From assembly GCA_964016885.1 (NCBI GenBank), contig OZ024751.1, forward strand, positions 6,696,001-6,760,000: 64,000 nucleotides of DNA, read 5' to 3'. Position numbers and translations under genes: made by a program. The notes under the pieces were generated by a model. The model saw only the letters and a list, made by a program, of their open reading frames with translations, was not told the origin of the DNA and did not search any database. Positions 53,201-64,000 of this stretch are shown here, in pieces (positions within the stretch are counted from its first letter, which is position 1; the number at the start of each line of letters is the position of its first letter). Source of the DNA: Eledone cirrhosa (Eukaryota).

Positions 53201-56200
53201 GGTACAGTGTGGCATTGTGTGGTGTGTTGATTGGTGTGGTACAGTGTGGGGTGATGTGGTGTGTGGTCTGGTGAGGTGTAGTGTGGTGTGATGTTTTGTT
53301 GTGTGGTCTGGTGGGTTACAGTATGATGTGGTGTGTGGTGTGGTATAGTATGGTGTGATGTGGTGTGTTGTCTGGTGTGGTATAGTATGGTGAGATGTGG
53401 TGTATGGTATGGTGCGGTATAGTGTGGTGTGACGTGGTGTGTGGTATGGTTTGGTACAATATGGTGTGATGTAGTGTGTGGTCTGGTTGAGTGTGGTGTG
53501 ATGTGGTATGCGGTCTGGTGTGGTACAGTATGGTGTGGTGTGGTGTGTGTTCTGGTGTGGTACAGTGTGATGTGATTTAGTGTGTGGTCTAGTGTGGTAG
53601 AGTATGGGGTGATGCGGTGTGTGGTCTGGTGTGGTAGAGTGTAGTGTGATGTGGTGTGTGGTTTTGTGTGGTACAATATGGTGTGATGTGGTGGGTGGTC
53701 TGATGTGGTACAGTTTATTGTGATGGGGGTGTGTGGTCTGGTGTGGTATAGTATGGTGTGATTTGGTGTGTGGTCAGGTATGGTACAGTATGGTGTGATG
53801 TAGTGTGTGGTCTGGTGTGGTACAGTATGGTGTGATGTGGTGTGTGGTCTGGTGTGGTACAGTATGGTGCAATGTGGTGTGTGGTCTGGTGTGGTAGAGT
53901 ATGGTGTGATGTGGTGTGTGGTCTGGTGTGGAAAAGTATGGTGTGATGTGGTGTGTGGTCTGGTGTGGTATAGTGTGGTGTGATGTGATGTGTGGTCTCG
54001 TGTGGTACAGTATGGTGTAATGTGGTGTGTGGTCTGGTACGGTAGAGTATGGTGTAATGTGGTGTGTGGTCTGGTATGGCAGAGTGTGGTGTGATGTGGT
54101 GTATGGTCTGGTGTGGTATAGTATGGTGTGATGTTTGTGTGGTATGGTGTGATGTGGTGTGTGGTCTGGTGTGGTAGAGTGTGGTGTGATGTGGTGTGTG
54201 GTCTGGTGTGGTAGAGTGTAGTGTGATGTGGTGTGTGGTCATGGTGATGTACAGTATGGTGTGATGTGGTGTGTGGTCAGGTGTGGTATAGTAAGGTGTG
54301 ATGTGGTGTGTGGTCTGGTGTGGTACAGTATGGTGTCATGTGGTGTGTCGTCTCGTGTTGCAGAGTATGGTGTGGTGTGTGGTCTGGTGTGGTAAAGGTT
54401 GGTGTGATGTGCTATGTGGTCTGGTGTGGTACAGTATGGTGTAATGTGGTGTGTGGTCTGGTGTGGTATAGTATGGTGAGATGTGGTGTGTCGTCTGGTG
54501 TGGTACAGTATGGTGTGATGTGGTGTGTGGTCTGGTGTGGTATAGTATGGTGTGATCTTGTGTTTTGGCTGGTGTGGTATAGTGTGGTGTGATATAGTGT
54601 GTCGTCTGGTGTGGTACAGTATGGTGTGATGTGGTGTGTTCTCTGGTGTGGTACGGTATGGTGTGATGTGGTGTGTGGCCTGGTGTTGTACAGTGTGGTG
54701 TGATGTGGTGTGTGGTCTCGTGTGATACAGTATGGTGTGATGTGGTGTGTGGTCTGGTGCGGTATAGTGTGGTGTGATGTGGTGTGTGGTATGGTGTGGT
54801 ACAGTATGGTCTGATGTGGTGTATGGTCTGGTGTGGTACAGTGTGGTGTTATGTGGCGTGTGGTCTGGTGTCGTAGGGTATGGTGTTATGTGGCATGTGG
54901 TCTGGTGTGGTACAGTATGGTGTGATGTGGTGTGTGGTCTGGTGTGGTACAGGTTGGGGTGATGTGGTGTGTGGTCTGGTGTGGTAGAGTATGGTGTGAT
55001 GTGCTGTGTGGTCTGGTGTGCTTCAGTGTGGTGTGATGTGGTCTGGTACAGTGTGGGGTGATGTGGTGTGTGGTCTGGTGTGGTACAGTATGGGGTGATG
55101 TAGTGTATGGGCTGGTGGGGTATAGTGTGGTGTGATGTAGTGTGTGGTCTGCTGTGGTACAGTGTGGTGTGATGTGGTGTGTGGTCTGGTCTGGTACAGT
55201 ATGGTGTGATGTGGTGTGTGGTTTTGTGTGGTACAGTATGGTGTGATGTGGTGTTTGGTCTGGTGTGGGAGAGTATGGTGTGGTGTGGTGTGTGGTCTGC
55301 TGTGGTACAGTGTGGTGTGATGTGGTGTGTGGTCTGGTCTGGTACAGTATGGTGTGATGTGGTGTGTGGTCTGCTGTGGTACAGTATGGTGTGATGTGTT
55401 GTGTGGTCTGGTGTGGTTCAGTATGGTGTGATGTGGTATGTGGTCTGGTGTGGTGCAGTATGGTGTGATGTGGTGTGTGCTCTGGAGTGGTACAGTGTGG
55501 TGTGATGGGGTGTGTGGTCTGGTGTGGTACAGTATGTTGTGCAGTGGTGTGTGGTCTGGTGTGGTATAGTATGGTGTAATATGGTGTGTGGTCTGGTGTG
55601 GTACAGTATGTTGTGATGCGGTGTGTAGTCTGGTGTGGTACAGTGTGGTGTGATGTTGTGTGTGGTCTGATGTGGTATAGTATTGTTTGATGTGGTCTGC
55701 GCTCTAGCGTGGTACAGTGTGGTGGTGTGTGGTGTGGTGTGGTTCAGTATGGTGTGATGTGGTATGTGGTCTGGTGTAGTACAGTGTGGTGTGATGTGGT
55801 GTGTGGTCTGGTGTGGTACAGTATGGTTTGATGTGGTGTGTGGTCTGGTGTGGTACAGTATGGTTTGATGTGGCGTGAGGTCTGGTGTGGTACAGTATGG
55901 TGCAAAGCAGTGTGTGGTCTAGTGTGGTACAGTATGGTGTGATGTGGTGTGTGGTCTGGTGTGGTGGAGTATGGTGTGATGTGGTGTGTGGTATGGTGTG
56001 GTATAGTGAGGTGTGATGTGGTGTGTGGTCTGGCATGGTACAGTATGGTGTGATATAGTGTTTGGTCTGGTTGTGGTACAGTAAGGTGCAAACAGTGTGT
56101 GGTCTAGTGTGGTACAGTATGGCGTGATGTGGTGTGTGGTCTGGTGTGGTAGAGTATGGTGTGGTGTTGTGTGTGGTACAGTATGGTGTGATGTGGTGTG

Positions 56201-59200
56201 TGGTCTGGTGTGGTACAGTATGGTGTGATGTGGTGTGTTGTCTGGTGTGGTACAGTATGGTGTGATGTTGTGTCTGGTCTGGTGTGGTATAGTGTGGTGT
56301 GATGTAGTGTGTGGTCTGGTGTGGTTCACTATGGTGTAATGTGGTGTGTGGTCTGGTGTGGTACAGCATGGTGTGATGTGGTGTGTGGTCTGGTGTGGTA
56401 CAGCATGGTGTGACGTGGCGTGTGGTCTGGTGTGGTACAGTATGGTGTGATGTGATGTGTGGTCGGGTGTGGTACAGCATGGTGTGATGTGGCGTGTGGT
56501 CTGGTGTGGTACAGTAAGGTGCAAACAGTGTGTGGTCTAGTGTGGTACAGTATGGCGTGATGTGGTGTGTGGTCTGGTGTGGTAGAGTGTAGTGTGATGT
56601 GGTGTGTGGTCTGTTGTGATATAGTATGGTGTGATGTGGTGTGTGGTCTGGTTATGTACAGTATGGTGTGATGTGGTCTGGTCTCGTGTGGTACAGTGTG
56701 GTCTGATGTGGTGTGAGGTCTGGTGTGGTATAGTATGGTGTGGTATAGTATGGTGTGATGTGGTCTGTGGTCTGGTGTGGTACAGTATGGTGTGATGTGG
56801 TCTGTGGTCTGGTCTGCTGCGGTACAGTATGGTGTGATGTGGTGTGTGGTCTGGTGTGGTATAGTGAGGTGTGAAGTGGTGTGTGGTCTGGCGTGGTACA
56901 GTATGGTGTGATGTAGTGTTTGGTCTGGTGATGGTATAATTTGGTGTGATGTGGTCTGGTCTGGTGTGGTACAGTATGGTGTAATGTGGTGTGTGGTCTG
57001 GTGTGGTACAGTATGGTGTAATGTGCTGGATGGTCTGGTCTGGAAAAGTATGTTGTGATCTTGTGTGTGGTCTGGTGTGGTATAGTGTGGTGTGATGTGA
57101 TGTGTGGTCTCGTGTGGTACAGTATCGTGTAATGTGCTGGATGGTCTGGTCTGGAAAAGTATGTTGTGATCTTGTGTGTGGTCTGGTGTGGTATAGTGTG
57201 GTGTGATGTGATGTGTGGTCTCGTGTGGTACAGTATCGTGTAATGTGCTGGATGGTCTGGTCTGGAAAAGTATGTTGTGATCTTGTGTGTGGTCTGGTGT
57301 GGTATAGTGTGGTGTGATGTGGTGTGTGGTCTCGTGTGGTACAGTATGGTGTAATGTGGTGTGTAATCTGGTACGGTAGACTATGGTGTAATGTGGTGTG
57401 TGGTGTGGTGTGGCATAATGTGGTGTGATGTGGTGTATGGTCTGGTGTGGTATAGTATGGTGTTAGTGGCGTGTGGTCTGGTGTGGTAGAGTGTGGTGTG
57501 ATGTTGTGTGTGGTGTGGTGTGGTATAGTATGGAGTGATGCAGTGTGTGGTCATGGTGAGGTACAGTATGGTGTTATGTGGTGTGTGGTCTGGTGTAGTA
57601 CAGTATGGTGTGGTGTGGTGTGTGGTCTGGTGTGGTACAGTATGGTGTGATGTGGTGTGTCGTCTGGTGTTGTATAGTATGGTGTGATGTGGTGTGTGGT
57701 CTGGTGTGGTACAGTGTGGTGTGATGTGGTGTTTTGTCTGGTGTTGTATAGTATGCTGTGATCTTGTGTATGGGCTGGTGTGGTATAGTGTGGTGTGATG
57801 TAGTGTGTTGTCTGGTGTGGTACAGTATGGTGTGATGTGGTGTGTGGTCTGCTGTGGTAAGGTATGGTGTGATGTGGTGTGTGGTCTGGTGTGGTACAGT
57901 GTGATGTGGTGTGGTGTGTGGTCTGGTGTGGTACAGTATGGTTTGATGTGGTGTGTGGTCTGGTGTGGTACAGTGTGGTGTGATGTGGTGTGGGGTCTGG
58001 TGTGATACAGTATGGTGTGATGTGATGTGTGATCTGGTGCGGTATAGTGTGGTGTGATGTGGTGTGTGGTATGGTGTGGTTCAGTATGGTGTGATGTGGT
58101 GTGTGGTCTGGTGTGGTACAGGTTAGTGTCATGTGGTGTGTGGTCTGGTGTGGTAGAGTATGGTGTGGTGTGGTGTGTGGTCTGGTGTTGTTCAGTGTGG
58201 TGTGATGTGGTCTGGTACAGTATGGTGTGATGTGGTGTGTGATCTGGTCTTGTACAGTATGGTGTGATGTGGTCTGGTCTGGTGTGGTACAGTGTGGTGT
58301 GATGTGGTGTGTGGTCTGGTGTGGTTCAGTATGGTCTGATGTGGTGTGTGGTCTGGTGTGGTAGAGTATGGTGTGATGTGGTGTGTGGTCTGGTGTGGTA
58401 TAGTATGGTGTGATGTGGTGTGTGGTCTGGTGTGGAAAAGTATGGTGTGATCTTGTGTGTGGTCTGGTGTGGTATAGTGTGGTGTGATGTGGTGTGTGGT
58501 ATGGCGTGGTACAGTATGGTGTGATGTGGTGTGTGGTCTGGTTGTGGTATAATGTGGTGTGATGTGATCTGGTCTGGTGTGGTACAGTATGGTGTGATGT
58601 TGTGTGTGGTCTGGTGTGGTACAGTATGGTGTGATGTTGTGTGTGGTCTGGTGTTGTATAGTGAGGTGTGATGTGGTGTGTGGTCTGGTTGTGGTACAGT
58701 GTGGTGTTATGTGATCTGGTCTGGTGTAGTACAGTATGGTGTGATCTTGTGTGTGGTCTGGTGTGGTATAGTATGCTGTAATGTGGTGTGTGGTCTGGTA
58801 CGGTAGAGTGTGGGGTGATGTGGTGTGTGGTCTGGTGTGGTATAGTATGGTGTGATGTGGTGTGTGGTCTGGTACAGTGTGGTACAGTATGGTGTGATCT
58901 GGTGTGTGGTCTGGTGTGGTACAATATGGCGTGATGTGGTGTGTTGTCTGGTGTGGAACAGGTTGGTGTGCTGTGGTGTGTGGTCTGGTGTTGTAGAGTA
59001 TGGTGTTGTGTGGTGTGTGGTCTGGTGTGGCAGAGTGTGGTGTGGTGTGGTGTGTGGTCTGGTGTTGTAGAGTATGGTGTTGTGTTGTGTGTGGTCTGGT
59101 GTGGTACAGGTTGGTGTGCTGTGGTGTGTGGTCTGGTGTTGTAGAGTATGGTGTTGTGTGGTGCGTGGTCTGGTGTGGCAGAGTGTGGTGTGGTGTGAGG

Positions 59201-62200
59201 TCTGGTGTGGTACAGTATGGTGTGATGTGGTGTGTTGTCTGGTGTGGTACAGGTTGGTGTGCTGTGGTGTGTGGTCTGGTGTTGTAGAGTATGGTGTTGT
59301 GTGGTGTGTGGTCTGGTGTGGCAGAGTGTGGTGTGGTGTGTGGTCTGGTGTGGTACAGTATGGTGTGATGTGGTGTGTTGTCTGGTGTGGTACAGGTTGG
59401 TGTGATGTGGTGTGTGGTCTGGTGTTGTAGAGTATGGTGTGGTGTGGTGTGTGGTATGGTGTGATGTGGTGTGTGGTCTGGTACAGTGTGGTACAGTATG
59501 GTGTGATCTGGTGTGTGGTCTGGTGTGGTACAATATGGCGTGATGTGGTGTGTTGTCTGGTGTGGAACAGGTTGGTGTGCTGTGGTGTGTGGTCTGGTGT
59601 TGTAGAGAATGGTGTTGTGTGGTGTGTGGTCTGGTGTGGCAGAGTGTGGTGTGGTGTGGTGTGTGGTCTGGTGTGGTACAGTATGGTGTGATGTGGTGTG
59701 TTGTCTGGTGTGGTACAGGTTGGTGTGATGTGGTGTGTGGTCTGGTGTTGTAGAGTATGGTGTGGTGTGGTGTGTGGTCTGGTGTGGTACAGTATGGTGT
59801 GATGTGGTGTGTGGTCTGGTGTGGCAGAGTGTGGTGTGATGTGGTGTATCATCTGGTGTGGTATAATATGGTGTGATGTGGTTTGTAGTCTGGTGTGGTA
59901 GAGTGTAGTGTGATGTGGTGTGTGGTCTGGTGTGGTACAGTATGGTGTGATGCAGTGTGTGGTCATGGTGATGTACAGTATGGTGTGATGTGGTGTGTGG
60001 TCTGGTGTGGTACAGTATGGTGTGGTGTGGTGTGTGGTCTGGTGTGGTATAGTGAGGTGTGATGTGGTGTGTGGTCAGGTGTGGTATAGTATGGTGTGAT
60101 GTGGTGTGTGGTCTGGTGTGGTACAGTATGGTGTCATGTGGTGTGTCGTCTGGTGTTGTAGAGTATGGTGTGGTGTGGTGTGTGGTCTGGTGTGGTACAG
60201 TACGATGTGATGTGGTGTGTGGTCTGGTGTGGTACAGGTTGGTGTGATGTGCTATGTGATCTGGTGTGGTACAGTATGGTGTAATGTGGTGTGTGGTCTG
60301 GTGTGGTATAGTATGGTGTGATGTGATGTGTGGTCTTGTGTGGTATAGTGTGGTACAGTATGGTGTGATGTGGTGTGTGGTCTGGTGTCGTAGAGTATTG
60401 TATGGTGTGGTGTGTGGTCTGGTTTTGTACAGTATGGTGTGATGTGGTCTGGTCTGGTGTGGTACAGTATGGTGTGGTGTTGTGTGTCGTATAGTATGGT
60501 GTGATGTGGTGTGTGGCCTGGTGTGGTACAGGTTGGTGTGATGTGGTGTGTGGTCTGGTGTGGTAGAGTATGGTGTGGTGTGGTGTGTGGTCTGATGTGG
60601 TTCAGTGTGGTGTGATGTGGTCTGGTACACTGTGGTACAGTGTGGGGTGATGTAGTGTGTGGTCTGATGTTGTACAGTATGGTGTGATGTAGTGTGTGGT
60701 CTGCTGTGGTACAGTATGGTGTGATGAATTGTGTAGTCTGGTGTGGTTCAGTATGGTGTGATGTGGTATGTGGTCTGGTGTGGTACAGTGTGGTGTGATG
60801 TGGTGTGTGGTCTGGTGTGGTACAGTGGGGTGTGATGTGGTGTGTGGTCTGGTGTGGTACAGTATGGTTTGATGTGGCGTGTGGTCTAGTGTGGTACAGT
60901 ATGGTGCAAAGCAGTGTGTGGTCTAGTGTGGTACAGTATGGTGTGATGTGGTGTGTGGTCTGGTGTGGTGGAGTATGGTGTGATGTGGTGTGTGGTCTGT
61001 TGTGATATAGTATGGTGTGATGTGGTGTGTGGTATGGTGTGGTACAGTATGGTGTGGTGTGTGGTCTGGTTTTGTACAGTATGGTGTGATGTGTTCTGGT
61101 CTGGTGTGGTACAGTGTGGTGTGATGTGGTGTGTGGTCTGGTGTGGTACAGTATGGTGTGGTGTTGTGTGTGTTACAGTATGGTGTGATGTAGTGTGTGG
61201 TCTGGTGTGGTACAGTATGGTGTGATGTGGTGTGTGGTCTGGTGTGGTACAGTATGGTGTGATGTGGTGTGTGGTCTGGTGTGGTACAGTGTGATGTGGT
61301 GTGGTGTGTGGTCTGCTGTGGTACAGTATGGTTTGATGTGGTGTGTGGTCTGGTGTGGTACAGTGTGGTGTGATGTGGTGTGGGGTCTGGTGTGATACAG
61401 TATGGTGTGATGTGGTGTGTGGTCTGGTGCGGTATAGTGTGGTGTGATGTGGTGTGTGGTATGGTGTGGTACAGTATGGTGTGATGTGGTGTGTGGTCTG
61501 GTGTGGTACAGGTTAGTGTCTTGTGGTGTGTGGTCTGGTGTGGTAGAGTATGGTGTGGTGTGTGTGTGGTCTGGTGTGGTTCAGTGTGGTGTGATGTGGT
61601 CTGGTACAGTATGGTGTGATGTGGTGTGTGGTCTGGTTTTGTACAGTATGGTGTGATGTGGTCTGGTCTGGTGTGGTATATTGTGGTATAATGTGGTCTG
61701 GTCTGCTGCGGTACAGTATGGTGTGATGTGGTATGTGGTCTGGTGTGGGACAGCATGGTGCAAAGCACTGTGTGGTCTAGTGTGGTACAGTATGGTGTGA
61801 TGTGGTGTGTGGTCTGGTGTGGTAGAGTATGGTGTGAGGTGGTGTGTGGTCTGGTGTGGAAAAGTATGGTGTGATCTTGTGTGTGGTCTGGTGTGGTATA
61901 GTGTGGTGTGATGTGGTGTGTGGTCTGGTGTGGTACAGTATGGTGTGATGTTGTGTGTGGTCTGGTGTTGTATAGGGAGGTGTGATGTGGTGTGTGGTAT
62001 GGCGTGGTACAGTATGGTGTGATGTGGTGTGTGGTCTGGTTGTGGTATAATGTGGTGTGATGTGATCTGGTCTGGTGTAGTACAGTATGGTGTAATGTGG
62101 TGTGTGGTTTGGTTTGGTAGAGTATTGTGTGATGTGTTGTGTGGTCTGGTGTGGAAAAGTATGGTGTGATCTTTTGTGTGGTCTGGTGTGGTATAGTGTG

Positions 62201-64000
62201 GTGTGTGGTATGGTGTGATGTGGTGTGTGGTCTGGTACAGTGTGGTACAGTATGGTGTGATCTGGTGTGTTGTCTTGTGTGGTACAGTATGCTGTAATGT
62301 GGTGTGTGGTCTGGTACGGTAGAGTGTGGTGTGATGTGGTGTGTGGTCTGGTGTGGTATAGTATGGCGTGTGGTATGGTGTGATGTGGTGTTTGGTCTGG
62401 TACAGTGTGGTACAGTATGGTGTGATCTGGTGTGTGGTCTGGTGTGGTACAGTATGGCGTGATGTGGTGTGTTGTATGGTGTGGAACAGGTTGGTGTGCT
62501 GTGGTGTGTGGTCTGGTGTTGTAGAGTATGGTGTTGTGTGGTGTGTGGTCTGGTGTGGCAGAGTGTGGTGTGGTGCGGTGTGTGGTCTGGTGTGGTACAG
62601 TATGGTGTGATGTGGTGTGTGGTCTGGTGTGGCAGAGTGTGGTGTGATGTGGTGTATCGTCTGGTGTGGTATAATATGGTGTGATGTGGTGTGTGGTCTG
62701 GTGTGGGAGAGTGTAGTGTGATGTGGTGTGTGGTCTGGTGTGGTACAGTATGGTGTGATGCAGTGTGTGGTCATGGTGATGTACAGTATGGTGTGATGTG
62801 GTGTGTGGTCTGGTGTGGTACAGTATGGTGTGGTGTGGTGTGTGGTCTGGTGTGGTATAGTGTGGTGTGATGTGGTGTGTGGTCAGGTGTGGTATAGTAT
62901 GGTGTGGTGTGGTGTGTGGTCTGGTGTGGTACAGTATGGTGTCATGTGGTGTGTCGTCTGGTGTTGTAGAGTATGGTGTGGTGTGGTGTGTGGTCTGGTG
63001 TGGTACAGTACGATGTGATGTGGTGTGTGGTCTGGTGTGGTACAGGTTGGTGTGATGTGCTATGTGATCTGGTGTGGTACAGTATGGTGTAATGTGGTGT
63101 GTGGTCTGGTGTGGTATAGTATGGTACAGTATGGTGTGATGTGGTGTGTGGTCTGGTGTCGTAGAGTATTGTATGGTGTGGTGTGTGGTCTGGTTTTGTA
63201 CAGTATGGTGTGATGTGGTCTGGTCTGGTGTGGTACAGTATGGTGTGGTGTTGTGTGTCGTATAGTATGGTGTGATGTGGCGTGTGGTCTGGTGTGGGAG
63301 AGTGTGGTGTGATGTGGTGTGTTGTCAGGTGTGGTATAGTATGGTGTGATGTGGTGTTTGGCCTGGTGTGGTACAGGTTGGTGTGATGTGGTGTGTGGCC
63401 TGGTGTGGTTCAGTGTGGTGTGATGTGGTGTGTGGTCTGGTGTGGTAGAGTATAGTGTGATGTGGTGTGTGGTCTGTTGTGGTACAGTATGGTGTGGTCT
63501 GGTTTTGTACAGTATGGTGTAGTGTTGTGTGTGGTCTGGTGTGGTATAGTATGGTGTGATGTGGTGTGTGGTCTGGTCTGCTGTGGTACAGTATGGTGTG
63601 ATGTAGTGTGTGGTCTGGTGATGGTATAATGTGGTGTGATGTGGTCTGGTCTGGTGTGGTACAGTGTGGTGTGATGTGGTGTGTGGTCTGGTGTGGTACA
63701 GTATGGTGTAGTGTTGTGTGTGGTCTGGTGTGGTATAGTATGGTGTGATGTGGTGTGTGGTCTGGTCTGCTGTGGTACAGTATGGTGTGATGTAGTGTGT
63801 GGTCTGGTGATGGTATAATGTGGTGTGATGTGGTCTGGTCTGGTGTGGTACAGTATGGTGTGGTGTGGTGTGTTGTCTGGTGTGGTATAGTATGCTGTGA
63901 TGTTGTGTGTGGTCTGGTGTGGTATAGTGAGGTGTGATGTGGTGTGTGGTCTGGCGTGGTACAGTATGGTGTGATGTGGTGTGTGGTCTGGTCTGCTGTG
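32243..64000. repeat. G/T-rich 37-bp satellite array, at least 31.7 kb (roughly 850 units), runs off the window end
   Basis: Consensus TGGTC TGGTG TGGTA CAGTA TGGTG TGATG TGGTG TG; a 37-aa period in the ORF track equals 3 x 37 nt; single orientation; no insertions seen. Confidence 0.98.

Noticed and set aside
32076-63213. Long His/Thr/Pro-rich ORFs (up to 812 aa) on the minus strand and Val/Trp/Cys/Gly ORFs on the plus strand
   Set aside because: The C/A-rich strand of the 37-mer has no stop in any frame, so ORFs arise automatically; they overlap in several frames and break at random.
32243-64000. CRISPR-like 37-bp periodicity, or a true telomere resembling yeast TG1-3
   Set aside because: Units are head-to-tail with no unique spacers and no cas genes; there is no TTAGGG array, and the yeast resemblance is only compositional.

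Overview
AT-rich eukaryotic DNA with no recognisable host gene. The SINE families and dense microsatellites suggest a mollusc, most likely an octopus-like cephalopod (inference). Bases 1-32.2 kb are a nest of mobile elements, mostly inserted in (TA)n tracts: five coding Penelope-like element (PLE) remnants of about three lineages, CR1-like, Vingi-like and R4/Dong-like LINE fragments, three SINEs, two Tc1/mariner-type non-autonomous elements and a Chapaev3-like transposon. The PLE termini carry about a dozen type I hammerhead ribozyme (HHR) motifs, intact to decayed. They repeatedly form inverted foldback structures from about 125 bp to 3.6 kb. Bases 32.2-64 kb are one G/T-rich 37-bp satellite built from pentamers, with nested higher-order repeats. 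Its long His/Thr/Pro ORFs are repeat artefacts. All calls were made by eye; family and clade names are from motif recognition, not database searches.
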